In this document: one piece after another, positions 37,010-40,822 of the stretch
Position numbering within the stretch: the first letter of the stretch is position 1
Layout of the letters: every line of letters starts with the position of its first letter
DNA from: an uncultured Porphyromonadaceae bacterium
GTDB taxonomy: Bacteria > Bacteroidota > Bacteroidia > Bacteroidales > Muribaculaceae
Length of the DNA stretch: 40,822 nt
Direction of reading: 5' to 3'
Assembly (NCBI GenBank): GCA_947177595.1
Contig: CAMWUZ010000001.1
Coordinates: 1 to 40,822 of the forward strand
Notes under the pieces: model-generated
Databases searched by the model: none
Seen by the model: only the letters and a program-made list of their open reading frames with translations
Told to the model about the DNA's origin: nothing
Program-made: the position numbers and the translations under genes

Positions 37010-38164
37010 TTATTTTACATACGGAGCTGCTTCTTTTTTCGCAGCATCAGCTTTTACTCTGTGTGGAGCTCGCATCTCCGCCTCTTCCGCTTTCTTTCGC
37101 GCATAATGAGCCTCAGCCTCACCTGCAAGCTCATCTATACTCTTGAATACCTCTTCTTTATCTCCGTTGTTGCTTCTTCTCTCCTTTTTAGGATTTATGC
37201 CACCGTTGTTGCTTGTTGTTTTGCCATCGGTTGACGTCTGCTCGGTGTATGGATTATCCTTGACATACCTCTGAACAGCCGCCTTGTATTCCGCCTCATT
37301 CTTATACTCCTTGCCGAGGAAATTTATTGAATACTTACCGCCGCCACTGACAGAAATCCTATGCCTACCCAGCTTCTCACTCTCCTTATTATGCCGCTTC
37401 TTCTCAGCCAAATCAGCCTCTTTGTTCCGCTGATCCTGCGCATCCCGAGCCTTCTTCCTCTCCAACTCAGCCTTGCGAGCCGCATCGGTAGCATCGGCAG
37501 CCGCCTTCTTATTACGCAACCCCTCGAGCTGCAGCCGCCACTGCCTATCCCACCTCTCAGACTCAGTATCCTTATCCTGCGCACGGCGCAAACCCGCATT
37601 ATACGCATCACGCTCCCTGTTATACCGAGCCATCATATCATCCCAACGCTTCTGAACACCCTCACTCAACCGAGCCGGCTGCTCAACATTAGGCGCATAC
37701 TTACTCGTGAAAAACAAATTGCTCATCGCCGAAATTCCGTCACCGATACCGCTAATCAGCACCCTGTTCCGCTGACGCCTCAGCAACTTCTCATCCTCGG
37801 CAGGATCACGCGGCGCCGGATTAGTCGCACGAAACAACTCCTCATAGGTAGGCTTCTTCACCTCTCTACTTTCATCTACTTTAGAACCGGCAGCCGGCTT
37901 AGCCTCACCACCTGCAGCCGAAACCACCATCGCCGGCTTAGCCCCACCCCCCGTCACATTATAAGATTCATCCGACTTATACGACTTATCCGCCCCATCA
38001 TCCGGCGCAGCCTCAGCAACAGGCTTATCATTAGGCGCAACCGCCGCAGCCCTGTCACCGGCACCCGGCTGGTAAATGCCACTATCATCCCACTTCCCGT
38101 CACCCACCGAAACCGAGTGAGCATCCACATTCAAAATCCTGTTCTTACTCCTACCCTTCAACAT
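37010..38164 (-). CDS. putative ejection (internal virion) protein 2
   Basis: 384 aa; amphipathic ISGIGDGISAMSNLFF followed by a charged coiled coil with EKKRHN; sits between the small Gly-rich gene and the giant gene. Confidence 0.55.
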   Translation of the reverse strand: MLKGRSKNRILNVDAHSVSVGDGKWDDSGIYQPGAGDRAAAVAPNDKPVAEAAPDDGADKSYKSDESYNVTGGGAKPAMVVSAAGGEAKPAAGSKVDESREVKKPTYEELFRATNPAPRDPAEDEKLLRRQRNRVLISGIGDGISAMSNLFFTSKYAPNVEQPARLSEGVQKRWDDMMARYNRERDAYNAGLRRAQDKDTESERWDRQWRLQLEGLRNKKAAADATDAARKAELERKKARDAQDQRNKEADLAEKKRHNKESEKLGRHRISVSGGGKYSINFLGKEYKNEAEYKAAVQRYVKDNPYTEQTSTDGKTTSNNGGINPKKERRSNNGDKEEVFKSIDELAGEAEAHYARKKAEEAEMRAPHRVKADAAKKEAAPYVK

Positions 38165-38168
38165 ACAC

Positions 38169-38798
38169 TCACACCCTTAAACCATTATCCCTTTTAATCG
38201 CATTCTCCAAAGCAACCTTAGGATCACCCGCCGCAGGAACAGAAACAGTCCCCTTAGGCAGAGCAGACAACTTCTCAGGCTGCGCCACCCTACTGTCCAT
38301 ATAAGAATCAACCGCACCGCCAATCCCCGCCGCAGCACTCCCCACACCGCTTATAGCCTTGCTGATCTCGTTAGCCCTATTCTGCTCGATCCCCGCCAGC
38401 TTCTCATCCAACTGGGCATCCCGCTCCCTATACTGAGCCTCGATAGCATCCTTACGCGCATCAGCATTGGCGACAATACCGCTCGCAGCATCAGCCAGAG
38501 CCTCACTGTTAGCCATCTTCGCCGCAGCAACACTCTCATCAGTGCCACCCGTCACAGCCTGAACGCCCGCCGCCTGACGATTACGCTCCCTGATAGCCTC
38601 AGCCGTCTTAGTCAGCACACGCTGAGCATCACCACGCTGAGTCGCATCCTCATAATACCGGCGGTTAAACCAATCCTCATTATCACGCTTCTGCGACTCC
38701 ACACGCCTCTTAGCCTTCTTAGCCGCCTTACTCGCCTTAATACCGCCAATGATACTGCCCGCAACCTGCAAGCCCGCACCAATCAAACTACCTATCAT
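38169..38798 (-). CDS. putative ejection (internal virion) protein 1, P22 gp7 / T7 gp14-like
   Basis: Gly-rich hydrophobic N-terminus (MIGSLIGAGLQVAGSIIGG), Ala/Gln coiled coil and a second Gly-rich segment (ISGVGSAAAGIGG). Confidence 0.65.
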   Translation of the reverse strand: MIGSLIGAGLQVAGSIIGGIKASKAAKKAKRRVESQKRDNEDWFNRRYYEDATQRGDAQRVLTKTAEAIRERNRQAAGVQAVTGGTDESVAAAKMANSEALADAASGIVANADARKDAIEAQYRERDAQLDEKLAGIEQNRANEISKAISGVGSAAAGIGGAVDSYMDSRVAQPEKLSALPKGTVSVPAAGDPKVALENAIKRDNGLRV

Positions 38799-38810
38799 AT
38801 ATCCTCAAGA

Positions 38811-38874
38811 TTAATATTTATTACCATCCCCCAAAGATAACCCCCTATATTCGCAGCACATTGTTAAACATTAA
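38811..38874. promoter_or_regulatory. overlapping divergent promoters: minus TTAAT-N3-TAA-N24-TATCTTTG (38874-38832); plus TTAAT-N3-TAT-N24-TATATTCG (38811-38853)
   Basis: Both carry the shared upstream motif at the same 24-nt spacing. Confidence 0.6.
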
Positions 38875-38881
38875 CCCACCG

Positions 38882-39169
38882 ATGGCAAGGCAAAAAACCG
38901 GCGGCAGAAAAAAAGGCACACCAAATAAAGCCACAGCATTCACTCGGGCAACATTCTCACAGCTGCTCGACAAATACTCCGCATCCGGCGACCTCGTATC
39001 CGACTTCATGAGCCTGCCACCAAAAGAAAGAATAACCATGGCGGAAAAACTCGCCCAATACTGTATCCCCAAAATGCAAGCAGTAGCAATGGACCTGCAG
39101 CAAACCGACACCTCCGCCCCCACACTCACCGACCGCCTCCGCGCTCTCTCCCAAGAACCCGACAACTAA
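38882..39169 (+). CDS. candidate terminase small subunit / small DNA-binding protein (95 aa)
   Basis: Likely start ATG 38882. N-terminal KTGGRKKGTPNK motif typical of phage TerS-like proteins; no other TerS candidate next to terL. Confidence 0.55.
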   Translation: MARQKTGGRKKGTPNKATAFTRATFSQLLDKYSASGDLVSDFMSLPPKERITMAEKLAQYCIPKMQAVAMDLQQTDTSAPTLTDRLRALSQEPDN

Positions 39170-39205
39170 CACACTGATAAGCCCGGAATCCAAATGGCAA
39201 ATCAA

Positions 39206-39235
39206 TTGGGCATTCAAGATAAATTACTACCTTTG
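39206..39235 (+). promoter_or_regulatory. host thrA promoter (TTG-N19-TACCTTTG)
   Basis: Bacteroidetes housekeeping consensus about 175 nt upstream of thrA. Confidence 0.7.
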
Positions 39236-39411
39236 CATACCTGATGCCGATATCGTCACCCGCAGCGTTGACCCGTCAGAGAGGCAATAACTTGACGTTT
39301 TCAATATAGCGGTGCGATTTTGTTGCGCAGTCACCACAAAACCAACCATAACCAATTATAAACCAACTAACAAAATGCCCTAACCAGCATTTTACCTCAG
39401 AATTCTAACTA

Positions 39412-40822
39412 ATGAAAGTTTTAAAATTTGGCGGAACTTCTGTTGGCACAGTCGCAAGCCTGCAGAGCGTAAAGTCAATTGTTGAGGCGGAAGAAACACC
39501 GGTAATTATAGTCGTGTCGGCTCTCGGAGGAGTCACCGATATGCTCATATCTACCGCCAAGGCAGCTGCCGCCGGAAATATTGCAGAGTACACGGACATT
39601 TTTGCGAAGATAAAGCAGCGTCACTATGACGTTATCACTGGTATGGTGAGCGACAACCACCAGTCAAAAGTCATGGAACGTGCAGATGAAATGCTTGACG
39701 AACTCGCCAATATATTTAAAGGTGTGAGTCTGCTGAAAGATTTGTCACTCCGCTCACTTGACATTATCGTGAGCTACGGAGAGCGGTTGTCAAGCATGAT
39801 AATCAGCAATATCATCAGAAGGGCTACCCTCTTTGATTCCCGTTCCTTTATAAAGACCACCGACCAGTTTGGCAAACACGTTCTTGATCCTGTAACAAAC
39901 GAACTCGTAGCCCAAACTTTCTCACCGGCGGAATTTGGGGTTGCGGTTGTGCCCGGCTTCATTTCATCAGATAATGCTACCGGAGATGTTACTAACCTCG
40001 GTAGGGGCGGAAGTGACTATACCGCGGCTATAATCGCTGCGACTCTGGATGCGGAAGTGCTTGAAATATGGACAGATGTTGATGGATTCATGACAGCTGA
40101 TCCGAGAGTGATCAGCAACACCTATGTTATTGACCATCTCACTTTTGTAGAAGCGATGGAACTCTGTAACTTCGGTGCAAAAGTAGTTTATCCTCCTACT
40201 ATTTATCCGGTGTTCCATAAAAACATCCCCATTCTCATTAAGAATACGTTCAATCCTGCTGCTCCAGGCACCCTCATCTCTGCTACAAGAGAAACTGAGG
40301 AGGCCCGCTGCGATGGTAAAGCTATCAAAGGGATTTCTTCTATAAGCGATACCTGTCTAATCACCGTTAGCGGTCTTGGCATGGTAGGTATCGTGGGGGT
40401 GAATGCTCGAATCTTCAATGCACTCGCCAAGGAGGGTATCAGTGTATTCCTTGTGTCTCAGGCATCCAGTGAAAACACTACATCATTTGCTATTAAGAAT
40501 GAGGATGCCGCAGTTGCCGTCAAAGCTCTTGAAAAAGAATTTTATCAGGAGCTACATTCCGGAGAAATCAATCCTATTCATGCAGAGCATAATCTTGCAA
40601 CAGTCGCTATTGTTGGTGAAAATATGCGGCATGCTACGGGAGTTGCAGGCAGACTGTTCAACACTCTCGGGCGAAACGGCATCAATGTAAAGGCGTGTGC
40701 CCAGGGTGCATCTGAAACCAATATTTCATTTGTCATAAAATTATCCGATCAGAAAAAAGCTCTAAATGTAATCCACGACAGTTTTTTTCTCTCTGACACC
40801 CAAGTGCTTAATCTTTTTATAA
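39412..40822 (+). CDS. thrA: bifunctional aspartate kinase/homoserine dehydrogenase I (5' part; runs off the window and is absent from the ORF track)
   Basis: MKVLKFGGTSVG, VVSALGGVTD, SYGERLS, LGRGGSDYTAA, EIWTDVDG.MTADPR, FGAKV, followed by ACT domains. Confidence 0.95.
   Translation, partial: MKVLKFGGTSVGTVASLQSVKSIVEAEETPVIIVVSALGGVTDMLISTAKAAAAGNIAEYTDIFAKIKQRHYDVITGMVSDNHQSKVMERADEMLDELANIFKGVSLLKDLSLRSLDIIVSYGERLSSMIISNIIRRATLFDSRSFIKTTDQFGKHVLDPVTNELVAQTFSPAEFGVAVVPGFISSDNATGDVTNLGRGGSDYTAAIIAATLDAEVLEIWTDVDGFMTADPRVISNTYVIDHLTFVEAMELCNFGAKVVYPPTIYPVFHKNIPILIKNTFNPAAPGTLISATRETEEARCDGKAIKGISSISDTCLITVSGLGMVGIVGVNARIFNALAKEGISVFLVSQASSENTTSFAIKNEDAAVAVKALEKEFYQELHSGEINPIHAEHNLATVAIVGENMRHATGVAGRLFNTLGRNGINVKACAQGASETNISFVIKLSDQKKALNVIHDSFFLSDTQVLNLFI

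Larger units (their letters stand above)
1..39169. mobile_element. Bacteroidales prophage, morphogenesis/lysis region (podovirus-like); continues beyond the left window edge
   Basis: TerL, portal, capsid, scaffold, amidase, spanin, tail fibre and ejection-like genes are clustered, with Bacteroidetes TAnnTTTG promoters. Host thrA follows. No integrase or att site is visible in the window. Confidence 0.92.

Noticed and set aside
37361-38197. 278-aa + strand ORF
   Set aside because: Antisense shadow of 37010-38164 caused by codon bias; unnatural L/I/R/P composition.
39244-39309. Possible thr attenuator leader peptide (MPISSPAALTRQRGNNLTFSI)
   Set aside because: No run of Thr/Ile codons and no terminator hairpin.
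39405-40690. Short track ORFs in the thrA region
   Set aside because: All overlap the thrA reading frame starting at 39412.

Overview
Positions 1 to about 39170 are the virion-structure, packaging and lysis region of a Bacteroidales prophage with podovirus (P22/T7-like) organisation. It contains a probable tail nozzle, adaptor proteins, a holin/amidase/spanin cassette, tail fibres, major capsid and scaffold proteins, a rhomboid-like protease, TerL, a portal, three probable ejection proteins and a TerS candidate. It directly abuts host thrA (39412 to beyond the window end). The third ejection-type gene (22148-36976, minus strand, ~4940 aa) is a giant polyvalent protein with five RNase-like (BECR/LPD3-type) domains, an LPD5/LPD1 zincin-like region and a JAB domain. 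Main discovery: the coding DNA just C-terminal to each of the five nuclease-like domains hides an antisense Bacteroidetes promoter (TTG-N20-TAnnTTTG; TAG in one case). Each promoter is followed about 6 nt later by a 75-95 nt predicted structured RNA with a long closing stem and a U-rich tail. The non-nuclease domains lack this module. This looks like an array of nested nuclease plus cis-encoded RNA antitoxin/decoy cassettes. Also found: an overprinted 83-aa ORF with its own consensus promoter inside the giant gene, a sixth small antisense RNA in the lysis cassette, a shared non-canonical late-promoter motif at four operon starts, and a capsid protein with a membrane-like leader encoded near a rhomboid protease. 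All family assignments come from motif recognition by eye and all RNA structures were paired by hand; no searches were run.
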